Origin: a virus
Strand: one strand, 5' to 3'
DNA length: 64,000 bases
Virus record (IMG/VR): IMGVR_UViG_3300028025_000092
The notes under the pieces: generated by a model
Seen by the model: the letters and a program-made list of their open reading frames with translations, nothing else
What the model was told of the DNA's origin: nothing
Database searches by the model: none
Shown here: positions 1-9,526 of the stretch, in pieces
How positions within the stretch are numbered: position 1 is the stretch's first letter
Layout of the letters: each line of letters begins with the position of its first letter
Made by a program: the position numbers and the translations under genes

Positions 1-572
1 TTGAAGAAATCATATATTTTTTTATCGGATTTAGTATACCCCGGAATTGGATCTAAAAGTTCACTAAGGAGTAACCCAACTTGATCTATCTCATCTATTC
101 TTATTATGGAAAAGGCCCAGGAGTAGATTTTCATCTTTTTATCCTTGTTATTTCTCATAACAACAAAACCCTTATCTTTGGTGAAAATGTCATCGTTGTG
201 TATTTTAAACCTTATTGATCTTTCTATTTCTTCCAGATAGGGATTTATTTTATCAAGAAATCCATCCAGAACCTCTAGACTACCGTCTAAGATATAATCG
301 ATCTCCTCATCATTTTGGTTTAATATGGTAAGCTCGTTAATTTTGTCTATTTCATTCTGGGTCATAGATCTAAGCGTTTTATCACTTAATCTGTTAGTCT
401 TCTGAAAGTTTTTAATATCATTATAAACTCTATTTATTTTTTGAATCTGTTCTGAGTATTTCTTTTGGCCCAGATCGATTTCAACGGATTGCAGAAAATC
501 CATTAGAACATAATACTTATGCTCAGCATCTATGGGGTTTTGTAAAAACCAATATGGTTGTAAACTCTTCAT
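1..572 (-). CDS. Hypothetical protein, runs off the left edge (MKSLQPYWFLQNPIDAEHKYYVLMDFLQ...)
   Basis: Not in the ORF track. Manual translation of the minus strand from ATG at 572 stays open to position 1 (~190 codons). The N-terminus recalls a Bacteroidota hypothetical family (W...ID.E.K.Y.L...LQ), from memory. Confidence 0.8.
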   Translation of the reverse strand, partial: MKSLQPYWFLQNPIDAEHKYYVLMDFLQSVEIDLGQKKYSEQIQKINRVYNDIKNFQKTNRLSDKTLRSMTQNEIDKINELTILNQNDEEIDYILDGSLEVLDGFLDKINPYLEEIERSIRFKIHNDDIFTKDKGFVVMRNNKDKKMKIYSWAFSIIRIDEIDQVGLLLSELLDPIPGYTKSDKKIYDFF

Positions 573-585
573 TGTTAATAACTAT

Positions 586-613
586 AATATATAACCTAAA
601 TCCGGTCGGTTTC
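586..613 (-). promoter_or_regulatory. Candidate early/middle promoter GAAAC-N17-TATATT
   Basis: Immediately upstream of the ATG at 572; same architecture as sites at 644, 10130 and 57334. Confidence 0.4.
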
Positions 614-643
614 CTCTATTAAAAAAAATATTTCTGATTTTTG

Positions 644-672
644 GAAACTTTCCCTAAAAAGGCTGCTAAAAT
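644..672 (+). promoter_or_regulatory. Candidate early/middle promoter GAAAC-N18-TAAAAT
   Basis: Divergent partner of the 586-613 site, upstream of the glycan cluster. Confidence 0.35.
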
Positions 673-719
673 TGTTATCTATTAACATCCTGGGTTATGA
701 ATATTATCTATAGTCTCTT

Positions 720-1298
720 ATGAGCCCCTTTCTTGTAATAGCTTATTATACCCCAGGAAACCATTACGAAGCTCTCTCGGAAAATCTTAAAGAATCTTGT
801 AAAGAATTTAACCTCCCCCTGGTTTTAAAGCCAATTCAGAATCTAGGATCCTGGGAAAAGAACACACACTATAAGGCAGAATTTATTTACGAATGTCTCC
901 ATGCATATAACCAAAATCTAGTTTATGTAGACGTTGACGCAGTCTTTAGAAAATATCCAATACTTTTTGAAGAATTAGATTGTGATATAGCATATCGGAC
1001 CGAGAATTTTAGATGGAGAAAAAACGAAGCATTAAGTGGCACCATATTTCTAAATAACAGCGGCAGGGTAAAATCCCTGGTTAAAAGTTGGATCTCAATA
1101 AATGAAGCTAAACCTGCTATTAGAAAATTACCTTCGACTTGGGAGCAAGCTAATATGCAAAGAATAGTTGAAAGGGATCCTTCTATAAATTATTACAATC
1201 TACCTCCCGAGTATACCTATATCTTTGATCATACCAAAAGAATGTACCCGGATATAGAACCGGTAATTGAGCACTTTCAGGCTTCTAGAAAGGTTTGA
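720..1298 (+). CDS. GT-A fold nucleotide-diphospho-sugar transferase
   Basis: K..FI...L then VYVDVDAVF (DxD motif), EQ..M, LPPEY..IFD and C-terminal IEHFQASR. Confidence 0.75.
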   Translation: MSPFLVIAYYTPGNHYEALSENLKESCKEFNLPLVLKPIQNLGSWEKNTHYKAEFIYECLHAYNQNLVYVDVDAVFRKYPILFEELDCDIAYRTENFRWRKNEALSGTIFLNNSGRVKSLVKSWISINEAKPAIRKLPSTWEQANMQRIVERDPSINYYNLPPEYTYIFDHTKRMYPDIEPVIEHFQASRKV

Positions 1299-1304
1299 TA
1301 TATA
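1297..1304 (+). promoter_or_regulatory. Candidate late promoter GATATATA
   Basis: Recurrent intergenic octamer, 19 nt before the ATG at 1324. Confidence 0.55.
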
Positions 1305-1323
1305 AAAAAACAATAAAATAGAG

Positions 1324-2454
1324 ATGTCGTTCGAAAAAGTGAGAAGACTCAGGGTTTCCCTCAGTAATATCTTAAATCCTACACCTAAAGAAAATACAGG
1401 AGAAAAACCCATGAAAGATATTGAGAGTGTAGTCCCTGTAGAGGTTCAAATGACCCCTAGGATAGTTAGCTACTATTCAGATTTTAATGACACAAAATAT
1501 TATGAGAATTTTGCTAAGATCCTGTCAGACCGATGCAAATTATTTAATTTAACTTATGATATAAACGAGCTTCCCTCTAGGGGAAATTACGGCGTGAATT
1601 GCTTAATGAAGCCAGAATTCATCTTAGATAAAATAAAGGAGTATAAGAAGCCCTTGATCTGGATGGACTGTGACACCGATTTCAAAGAGCCCTTTCCCCA
1701 TTTTAATTCAGTTGAAGAAGATATAGGAATGGCGACGCACAGCGGAGAACTTGATGGAATTAAAGCATCCCCCCTGTATTTCAACTACACCAAGGGCGCT
1801 TTTAGAATAATAAGGGAATGGGTAGTTCACTGTAGAGCTTGCTATGATTTAGGAATAACTGAGTTAGACCACGATGCTTTAAAGCATTACGTTTTAGATT
1901 TTCTAAAGGGTTCATACACATCTTATTTATTAACCGAAAACTGGAACGATTTTGTACATGGGCGATACATCTGGAACGGGAACTCAAGGGTTGAAGGAAA
2001 GGTTCAGATTCACAGAAAAGTTGGGGTGAGCGACGATACAAGGAGGTCATATTCACAAAATGTTAAACACATTAAATTATTTTTTGAATCCGATGACGAA
2101 AAGGTATTTAAGTGTGCTCTAAACTTTTTAAATAGATTTTCAAACAGATCAAGATTATCTTTTAATTTTTCACCAAAGCTTCTAGATTTATCCCCAAAAA
2201 ATCCCTATTTTAATTCCCTTGAAATAGAATCAGGAGGATCTGTCCATTTTGGTGATAACAATTTTATTACCACGGATGTAGGTAAAACCGATATTTTAAT
2301 CTCTGTAAATAATGTTAAAGATATTGAAAATGATTGGGACCTTAAAATATTATCAGCGGAAGACAGATTAATTAATCCTCTATATGAATTAAATTTTGAA
2401 GACGAGGGTAGGGGAAGTATTAAAATAAAAACATCTAAAAAAATATGGATATGA
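1324..2454 (+). CDS. GT-A fold sugar transferase with C-terminal extension (paralogue of 720-1298)
   Basis: MKPEFIL...LIWMDCDTDF (DxD) and DHDAL motifs. The start could instead be the ATG at 1411. Confidence 0.7.
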   Translation: MSFEKVRRLRVSLSNILNPTPKENTGEKPMKDIESVVPVEVQMTPRIVSYYSDFNDTKYYENFAKILSDRCKLFNLTYDINELPSRGNYGVNCLMKPEFILDKIKEYKKPLIWMDCDTDFKEPFPHFNSVEEDIGMATHSGELDGIKASPLYFNYTKGAFRIIREWVVHCRACYDLGITELDHDALKHYVLDFLKGSYTSYLLTENWNDFVHGRYIWNGNSRVEGKVQIHRKVGVSDDTRRSYSQNVKHIKLFFESDDEKVFKCALNFLNRFSNRSRLSFNFSPKLLDLSPKNPYFNSLEIESGGSVHFGDNNFITTDVGKTDILISVNNVKDIENDWDLKILSAEDRLINPLYELNFEDEGRGSIKIKTSKKIWI

Positions 2455-3296
2455 TAAAAGGAATAGGAATGCCCTTTCCTGCCGAATACTCTTCGTGCTC
2501 AAATATTAAACCTGATACATTCTCATGGACTAATGGCGAATCTGATATACATGTCTACATAGATGATAAGATAATAGAGGGCCTATCGACCCCTAGGCAT
2601 GATTTAAAATTTGGATGGCTTTGCGAATCACCTGCAATAATGCAAGAGATACACTTTGTAATCAAAGAAAATCCCCAAAGATTTAAAAACAAATACGCAG
2701 GCATATTTACTTGCGATTTAGAATTATTAGAGGATCCCTTTTTTATCTACTCTCCTCCCGGATCTAATCTTCCATGGACGAGGACTGAAGAAATGGCTCT
2801 TTATGAAAAAACTAAACACTGTTCTATGATATCCTCTCCAAAGGCAAGAACTGCAGGACATCAATATAGATTAGAGGTTGCTGGATTACTAAAAAATAAA
2901 TTAGATCTTTTTGGGGGTGCACACGGATCTCAGAGAATTGGTGATGGATCAGGTCCTAATCAGGATTGGTGGAGATCAAAGCTACCCGCAATAAAGGACT
3001 ATATGTTTTCAATTGTTTTTGAAAACACGGTACATGATAAGTACTATACCGAAAAAATAACGGACTGCTTTGCCACTGGGACAATTCCAGTTTATTGGGG
3101 TACTAAAAAAGTGACAGAGGATTTTAATCAAGAGGGTATTATATTTTTTGATGATATTAAAGGAGATTTAGAAATATTATCAAAAGATCTGTACGAATCT
3201 AAAATGCCTGCGATAATAGAAAATCTTGGAAGAGTAAAAACCCTAGAATCTGCCGATAATATTATTTATAAAAAAATTAAGTCATGGATTCCATAA
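2445..3296 (+). CDS. GT10-like alpha-1,3/4-fucosyltransferase
   Basis: YMFSIVFEN...YYTEKITDCFATGTIPVYWG matches the alpha-1,3-FucT motif; an ES(P) motif lies upstream. Confidence 0.85.
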   Translation: MDMIKGIGMPFPAEYSSCSNIKPDTFSWTNGESDIHVYIDDKIIEGLSTPRHDLKFGWLCESPAIMQEIHFVIKENPQRFKNKYAGIFTCDLELLEDPFFIYSPPGSNLPWTRTEEMALYEKTKHCSMISSPKARTAGHQYRLEVAGLLKNKLDLFGGAHGSQRIGDGSGPNQDWWRSKLPAIKDYMFSIVFENTVHDKYYTEKITDCFATGTIPVYWGTKKVTEDFNQEGIIFFDDIKGDLEILSKDLYESKMPAIIENLGRVKTLESADNIIYKKIKSWIP

Positions 3297-4123
3297 AAAT
3301 AAATTGGCATTCTAGTATTAATTTTGGAGATGAGTTAAATCCATATCTTATTAAGAAGCTGTGGAATATGGAATCTGTAAAAGTAAACGAGGGGGATGAA
3401 TCACCCCATTTAATGATGTTAGGATCTATATTAAATGAAGCCAATAAAGGAACAATTATAATGGGTGCGGGTTTAGTTGCAAGTGATAGAACATTTACAG
3501 GAAATCCCAAATTCATAGGTCTTAGAGGAAAATTAACCAAAGCTATATTAAAAGAAAGGGGCTTTAAAGTAGATAATGTTTTTCTTGGAGATCCCTCGGT
3601 ATTACTGCCAGAATTTTACAATCCCCATATTGAAAAAAAGTATGATCTGGGAATTATTCCGCATTTAGTTGATTATGAAAATGCTTTAAATATTTTTAAT
3701 GATACTGAAAGATTTTTAGTGATTGATTTAAGAATTGATGAAAATAATACAATAGAGAAAATAATAGATAAAATAAAATCGTGCAAATGTACTATATCAA
3801 GTAGTCTTCATGGATTTATTGTATCTCATGCTTATGGAATACCTGGAACCTGGTGTAAATTTTCTGATAATGTTATAGGAGATGGCTTTAAATTTATTGA
3901 TTATCTTTCTGCTTATACTGATTTATATAACGAGGTACCATTTTTCGATTTAAGGAATTTAGAAAAAGAAGAAATTAATATCGATAAAATTATAGAGTTA
4001 TCATCTATCACTATAATAAACAATCAAATAGAATTAGAAAGAATAAAAGCGGGATTAGAATTAGGAAAATTGAGAATTAACCAGATGAAAAAAAGAAAAA
4101 ATTATCATCGAGTAGTAAATTAG
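3284..4123 (+). CDS. Polysaccharide pyruvyl transferase family protein
   Basis: NFGDELN, GSIL, RGKLT, GDP..L.P, GIIPH, SSSLHG.IV.HAYGIP, FKF.DY. Confidence 0.85.
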   Translation: MDSIKINWHSSINFGDELNPYLIKKLWNMESVKVNEGDESPHLMMLGSILNEANKGTIIMGAGLVASDRTFTGNPKFIGLRGKLTKAILKERGFKVDNVFLGDPSVLLPEFYNPHIEKKYDLGIIPHLVDYENALNIFNDTERFLVIDLRIDENNTIEKIIDKIKSCKCTISSSLHGFIVSHAYGIPGTWCKFSDNVIGDGFKFIDYLSAYTDLYNEVPFFDLRNLEKEEINIDKIIELSSITIINNQIELERIKAGLELGKLRINQMKKRKNYHRVVN

Positions 4124-4125
4124 AT

Positions 4126-4770
4126 ATGAAATTAAATTTAAATAGAGTAACTGCGATTTGTATAGACGGAAGACCCTATGACAAAGAAAGGTACGAGAGA
4201 TACTCTCTTATTCTTAATTTCTTTATTTCAAATGTGGAATTTTCATCGCTACGCATGATATCCACTCATAATCCGGAAATAGAGGGTGTTTCACATACAT
4301 TAATAAAAGAATTTGTAATATCAGATTACTCAAGATTCTGTTTATATAATTTAACAGATTGGGTTAATTCTGAATTTTGTCTTATTTTTCAAGATGACGG
4401 ATTTATACTTAATCCCAACCTATGGAACGATTCTTTTTATGAATATGATTATATCGGATCTCCCTGGCCTCTTTATATGGGTTGGCCAGAAGAAGGAAAA
4501 CAGGTAGGTAACGGAGGATTTTCTTTAAGAAGTAAAAAACTTCTCGAATTTACCAAAACCTTTATAGATCACACAACAGAAAACGAGGATACCTATATAA
4601 TTTCCACGAAAAGAAAAGAGATAGAGAATGAAGGATTAAAAATAGCACCTTTAGAAATTGCTAGACTTTTTTCAATTGAGAATGGTTTAGATAGCGAGCA
4701 TCGATTGGATACTTGTTTTGGATTTCATGCCAAGCATTTATTAAATGATGCAATAAAAATGATACAATAA
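4126..4770 (+). CDS. DUF5672-like putative glycosyltransferase
   Basis: LIFQDDGF, YDYIGSPW, VGNGGFSLRSK, NED, FS.E, FGFH. Confidence 0.8.
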   Translation: MKLNLNRVTAICIDGRPYDKERYERYSLILNFFISNVEFSSLRMISTHNPEIEGVSHTLIKEFVISDYSRFCLYNLTDWVNSEFCLIFQDDGFILNPNLWNDSFYEYDYIGSPWPLYMGWPEEGKQVGNGGFSLRSKKLLEFTKTFIDHTTENEDTYIISTKRKEIENEGLKIAPLEIARLFSIENGLDSEHRLDTCFGFHAKHLLNDAIKMIQ

Positions 4771-5495
4771 TGAAAGTAATGGCATACTATCCAGTTCACT
4801 ATGGAGCTGAATATTTTGAGGCATCTATTAAATCAATAGATGATCAGGTTGATAAAATTCTAGTTCTTTATACACCCAAACCTAGCTATGGTCATGTAAC
4901 AGAAAAGCAATGTCCCGAAACAGAAGATGAATTAAAGGAGATAGCATTCGTATCTTCTAATAAAATAGAATGGGTTACTGTAGATGCTGGTAATGAAGGA
5001 AATCACAGAGCATTAGCATACACCAATGCATCTGAATATGATATCATGCTAACACTAGATACCGATGAAGTTTGGGATCCTACCTCCTTAGAAACATGTA
5101 TCAAAGAAACTTATGATGGAGAAGCATGGAGAAGAAATATTTCTGGGTTTATTCATTTTTGGAAATCCTTTAATTGGGTATGTCAAGACGGATTTCAACC
5201 TGCTAGGATTTTTAATCTAAAAAGAAACAACCACCAAGAGGTGTCAATCAATGGAACAATCTATCACTTCGGTTATGCACAGTCTAAAAAAATAATGGAT
5301 TATAAATTTGACATACATGGCCATAAAAATGAGATTAAAGAGGGATGGCTAGAGAATACATATTATGCATGGGAGCCAGGAAAACTTGATTTACATCCTA
5401 CGTGTGGTGTTTGGCCAGAAGCTAAACCCTTTGATAAAAACACACTCCCTGATATTTTAAAATCACATCCTAATTTCAATAAAGAAATAATATAA
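4770..5495 (+). CDS. GT2-like glycosyltransferase
   Basis: ASIKSI..QVD.I, LDTDEVW (DxDE), HFGY; TAATG-coupled to the previous gene. Confidence 0.7.
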   Translation: MKVMAYYPVHYGAEYFEASIKSIDDQVDKILVLYTPKPSYGHVTEKQCPETEDELKEIAFVSSNKIEWVTVDAGNEGNHRALAYTNASEYDIMLTLDTDEVWDPTSLETCIKETYDGEAWRRNISGFIHFWKSFNWVCQDGFQPARIFNLKRNNHQEVSINGTIYHFGYAQSKKIMDYKFDIHGHKNEIKEGWLENTYYAWEPGKLDLHPTCGVWPEAKPFDKNTLPDILKSHPNFNKEII

Positions 5496-5506
5496 TAAAT
5501 ACAAGA

Positions 5507-6079
5507 ATGAAAAATATAATATCAAAAATACTTGAAATAACTAACGATCAACTAGATTCGATAGATTTAAGTGCATATAAAAAACTAACTAATAGTATAG
5601 ATACACCAAAAGAATGGTTTTATTTAGAATCTGGAAGAGAACATTATAGGTTAATTGCCTATATTAGTACACTATTTCAAGAGAGTCAATTATTAGACAT
5701 TGGAACGTACCAAGGAAGTTCATCTATTGCTATGTCTTATAATAGCAATAATTCTGTAATATCTTTTGATGTAAATCCACAACCAGAAATATCAAGAATT
5801 GATATAAAAAATATAAAATATAATATTGGTAACGTTTTAGATTTTACTGAAATTATATTAAAATCCCCTCTAATTCTATTAGATACCTTTCACGACGGAA
5901 CCTTTGAAAAAGAATTCATTGATAAGCTTACTGAAATTAATTACAAAGGAATAGTATTATTCGATGATATTCATCTTGATGGACCAATGCAGATTTTTTG
6001 GGATTCTATTAGTATTGAAAAATACGATTTAACAGAAAAGGGGCATTATACAGGTACAGGATTGGTTTATTTTAAATAA
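5507..6079 (+). CDS. Class I SAM-dependent methyltransferase (likely sugar O-methyltransferase)
   Basis: LLDIGTYQGSS motif I, LLD..H, GIVLFDDI, GTGLV. Confidence 0.8.
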   Translation: MKNIISKILEITNDQLDSIDLSAYKKLTNSIDTPKEWFYLESGREHYRLIAYISTLFQESQLLDIGTYQGSSSIAMSYNSNNSVISFDVNPQPEISRIDIKNIKYNIGNVLDFTEIILKSPLILLDTFHDGTFEKEFIDKLTEINYKGIVLFDDIHLDGPMQIFWDSISIEKYDLTEKGHYTGTGLVYFK

Positions 6080-6091
6080 AAATATAACAAA

Positions 6092-6604
6092 ATGGGAGAA
6101 TTAACAATGGGATCTAGATCCTATGGTAATATTATTAGAAGAGGAGTACATAATTCAATAACTGTCGGAAAATATTGTTCCTTAGCTGCTGGTTTAGTAA
6201 TAGACGGGGGTTTTAGTCATAATACCAAATTCATATCAACATATCCTTTTAATGTCAATTTTAATCAATGTTCCTATCTAACTGGGCATCCGACATGGAA
6301 AGGCGACGTTATTATAGGAAACGATGTTTGGATAGGGGAGGATTGCTTAATAATGAGCGGTGTAACAATAGGAGACGGTTCTGTTATAGGAGCACGTTCG
6401 ATAGTAACAAAAGATATTGATCCATATTCTATAAATGTTGGATCACCTTCCCGTAAGGTTAAGCAACGCTTTAGCGATAATCAAATCTCAGACCTATTAA
6501 AAATCAAATGGTGGGATTGGGAGGAAGATAAAATTATCGAAAATGCACATTTATTAATGAGTGAAGATATAGATCTTTTTATAGAAAAACATAAAATATT
6601 TTAA
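6092..6604 (+). CDS. Hexapeptide-repeat O-acetyltransferase (CatB/Vat-like)
   Basis: VGKYCSLA, STYPF, IGNDVWIG, GVTIGDG.VIGA.S.VTKD, WWDW. Confidence 0.9.
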   Translation: MGELTMGSRSYGNIIRRGVHNSITVGKYCSLAAGLVIDGGFSHNTKFISTYPFNVNFNQCSYLTGHPTWKGDVIIGNDVWIGEDCLIMSGVTIGDGSVIGARSIVTKDIDPYSINVGSPSRKVKQRFSDNQISDLLKIKWWDWEEDKIIENAHLLMSEDIDLFIEKHKIF

Positions 6605-6609
6605 TATAA

Positions 6610-7347
6610 ATGTCAGTATCAATTAACTACACTGGAAGATTTGGTAATAATATTACCCAATATATTTTTTCAAGAATTTTTGCAGAAAATAATGGGCTTC
6701 AATTAATTAGTGAATTTAATCACAAAAAAGGTCCGATAGAATTTACAACACCCAAGCCAGGAAAAATTGTAAAAGGTGATTTAATAGAGATAACGGATCA
6801 TAACAAAAATATTTTAAATAAAAAATGGGATCAATGTAATTATTCAATTAATGGTTATTTTCAAAAATCAGATTTTTATATCGAAAGACGGGATCAAATC
6901 CTGTCTTTTATTAAAAGTGAAAAAGCTAACTTAAACTATGAAGATATAGTAATGCACGTTAGATTAGGTGATTATTTATTTAAAATTCATCCTAATTGGT
7001 ATTTAGATATATTAAAATCCCAAAAATTTAATAAGCTTTATATTGTAATGGAGGAAAGGGACGAAAAATATCTTTCATATTTTAGCAAATATGATCCAAT
7101 ATGCATATCAACAAATAAGTATGACGATTGGAATTTTATTAAATCATTCGATCGTATAATCTGTTCGAATTCAACTTTTAGCTGGTGGGCATCTTTTTTG
7201 AGTGATGCTAGTAAAATATGGACATTTAATAGGTGGACCGATACTCCCGATTTATATCATTTAAATAAAATACATAACGGGATACCCGTCGATGGTCCTT
7301 TAATAAAAAGCGACATATCAAATACTATTTTAGATCTAGAATATTAA
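6610..7347 (+). CDS. GT11-like alpha-1,2-fucosyltransferase
   Basis: GRFGN...QY, GYFQ, HVRLGDY, NSTFSWWA. Confidence 0.85.
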   Translation: MSVSINYTGRFGNNITQYIFSRIFAENNGLQLISEFNHKKGPIEFTTPKPGKIVKGDLIEITDHNKNILNKKWDQCNYSINGYFQKSDFYIERRDQILSFIKSEKANLNYEDIVMHVRLGDYLFKIHPNWYLDILKSQKFNKLYIVMEERDEKYLSYFSKYDPICISTNKYDDWNFIKSFDRIICSNSTFSWWASFLSDASKIWTFNRWTDTPDLYHLNKIHNGIPVDGPLIKSDISNTILDLEY

Positions 7348-7356
7348 TATAATTAC

Positions 7357-8292
7357 ATGGGAAAAAAAATTGCAGTCTTTGGATCAACCGGTTTAGTTGG
7401 ATCTAATATCATTAAAAAAATAGATCAAGAGAAATATCAGATCTATGCCCCTTCTAGAAAAGACCTAGATCTTTTTGATCAGAAAAAGGTCCTAGATTGG
7501 TTCTTTGAAAATAAAGTGGAATATGTAATTCTTGCAGCTGCTAGGGTTGGAGGAATAGTTGCTAATTCAACATACCCTACAGAATTCTTACATGAGAATC
7601 TCACAATCCAGAATAATATTATAATGTCTGCTTTAAAGAGCGATGTCAAAAATCTTATATTTCTAGGATCTTCTTGCATTTATCCGAGAGAATGTCCACA
7701 ACCAATTAAGGAAGAATATCTACTAACCGGTCCTTTAGAAAAAACAAATAAGTCGTATGCCCTTGCAAAAATTGCGGGAATACAACTCTGTGATTCTATT
7801 AGGGAACAGTATGGGAAAAATTATTATTCTCTAATGCCGTGTAATCTTTATGGACCTGGGGATAATTTTGATTTAGAAGCTTCCCATGTTATTCCTGGAA
7901 TGATTAGAAAAATAGAGAATGCTAGGGATAATAATGAACCAACTCTTAAATTACTTGGAACTGGAAGACCCCTTAGAGAATTTCTCTATGTGGAGGATCT
8001 AGCAGATGGCGTGATATTCATGCTGGAAAATTATAAAGGATCCCAAGGATTAATTAATATAGGAAGCGGGTCTGAGGTATCAATAAAAGATCTAGCAAAT
8101 ATAGTTGCACATGCTATAGGATATAAAGGAGAAATTTTATTCGACACTGAGGGATTAGACGGAACACCTAGAAAAATAATGGATAATTCCAAGATAGAAT
8201 CTTTGGGTTGGAAACCTAGAATCACCTTAAAAACAGGGATAGAGGAAACTGTTAAATGGTACTGGGACAATAGAGATAAAATTAGAAAATGA
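7357..8292 (+). CDS. fcl: GDP-L-fucose synthase
   Basis: [26 protein letters not shown]...K (YALAK), [25 protein letters not shown]. Confidence 0.95.
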   Translation: MGKKIAVFGSTGLVGSNIIKKIDQEKYQIYAPSRKDLDLFDQKKVLDWFFENKVEYVILAAARVGGIVANSTYPTEFLHENLTIQNNIIMSALKSDVKNLIFLGSSCIYPRECPQPIKEEYLLTGPLEKTNKSYALAKIAGIQLCDSIREQYGKNYYSLMPCNLYGPGDNFDLEASHVIPGMIRKIENARDNNEPTLKLLGTGRPLREFLYVEDLADGVIFMLENYKGSQGLINIGSGSEVSIKDLANIVAHAIGYKGEILFDTEGLDGTPRKIMDNSKIESLGWKPRITLKTGIEETVKWYWDNRDKIRK

Positions 8293-9296
8293 AAATAGCA
8301 TTAATCACCGGGGTAAACGGACAGGACGGATCATATTTAGCAGAGTTGCTTCTCGAGAAGGGGTATATGGTTCATGGCACAATCAGAAGATCGTCATCAT
8401 TCAATTCTGGAAGAATAGAACATTTTAGGGAACATCCTAATTTTAAAAGACACTATATGGATCTGACAGATTCAGGAAATGTCTCCCATATAATTTCACA
8501 ACTAAAACCCGACGAAATCTATAATTTAGCTGCGCAGAGTCACGTTAAAATATCTTTCGATATTCCAAATTATACTGGACAGGTCGATGCTATGGGAACA
8601 TTAAATGTTTTAGAAGCAATTAGAACTCATTCACCAAATTCTAAATTATATCAGGCTTCTACGTCTGAATTATACGGCAAGGTACAGGAAACCCCACAGA
8701 AAGAAACAACTCCATTCTATCCAAGATCACCCTACGGAGTTGCAAAACTATATGGATATTGGATTGTTAAAAACTACAGGGAGTCTTATAATTTATTTGC
8801 ATGTAATGGAATTCTTTTTAATCACACATCTCCTCGCAGAGGTGAAAACTTTGTTGAGAAGAAAATTATAGATTCCCTTTGTCAAATTAAAAAGGGAAAA
8901 ATAGATATACTAACACTAGGCAATCTTTCCGCCCGTAGAGACATAGGTCATGCTAAAGAATACGTTGAAGGAATGTGGAGAATGCTACAATTGGAATCCC
9001 CTGAAGATTTTGTTCTTGCAACAGGTAAAACCTATTCTATTAAAGAGATGGTCAATATGGTTTGTCAAAAATTAGATATAGATCTAGATTGGAAAGGTGG
9101 AGGAGAACAAGAAATAGCAATAGATAAATCGTCTGGTAGAATTATTATAGGGATAGATCCCAAGTATTATAGACCAGCTGAAGTTGAGCTTTTACAGGGG
9201 GATGCTTCTAAAGCTAAATCAGTATTAGGATGGGAACCAACCCTATCTCTGTCAGAAATATTTGATGAGATGATAGCAGAATCACTAAAGGATTAG
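8289..9296 (+). CDS. gmd: GDP-mannose 4,6-dehydratase
   Basis: [52 protein letters not shown]. Confidence 0.97.
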   Translation: MKIALITGVNGQDGSYLAELLLEKGYMVHGTIRRSSSFNSGRIEHFREHPNFKRHYMDLTDSGNVSHIISQLKPDEIYNLAAQSHVKISFDIPNYTGQVDAMGTLNVLEAIRTHSPNSKLYQASTSELYGKVQETPQKETTPFYPRSPYGVAKLYGYWIVKNYRESYNLFACNGILFNHTSPRRGENFVEKKIIDSLCQIKKGKIDILTLGNLSARRDIGHAKEYVEGMWRMLQLESPEDFVLATGKTYSIKEMVNMVCQKLDIDLDWKGGGEQEIAIDKSSGRIIIGIDPKYYRPAEVELLQGDASKAKSVLGWEPTLSLSEIFDEMIAESLKD

Positions 9297-9526
9297 TGAT
9301 TAGTGTTTGATACAATTTCATTTGCTTTTAAAAGGGTTTCTACTGTTTTAACATCGTACTTGGTTTGTCCAGGAACCCCCCAATCTTTTTGTTCACCCCA
9401 ATTAATAAATCCCTGATGTGTTATATGATTTCCTGAATTATAAGAAAAATCGTGATGACCTTCTTTAGCAGATGATTTTTCAAACTCGTTTCTCGAGCTG
9501 ATGTTTTTATATCCGTATTTTTCCAT
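9293..9526 (-). CDS. Small hypothetical protein
   Basis: 77-aa ORF, TAATG-coupled to the upstream minus-strand gene; its stop overlaps the gmd stop. Confidence 0.6.
   Translation of the reverse strand: MEKYGYKNISSRNEFEKSSAKEGHHDFSYNSGNHITHQGFINWGEQKDWGVPGQTKYDVKTVETLLKANEIVSNTNH

Noticed and set aside
6092-6604. Antibiotic-resistance acetyltransferase (vat/catB)
   Set aside because: The fold is shared with sugar O-acetyltransferases and the gene sits inside a glycan operon; resistance is unsupported.
720-9296. Bacterial O-antigen or capsule locus (host contamination or prophage flank)
   Set aside because: No wzx, wzy, wzz or priming transferase; contiguous with phage genes and shares the same intergenic motifs.
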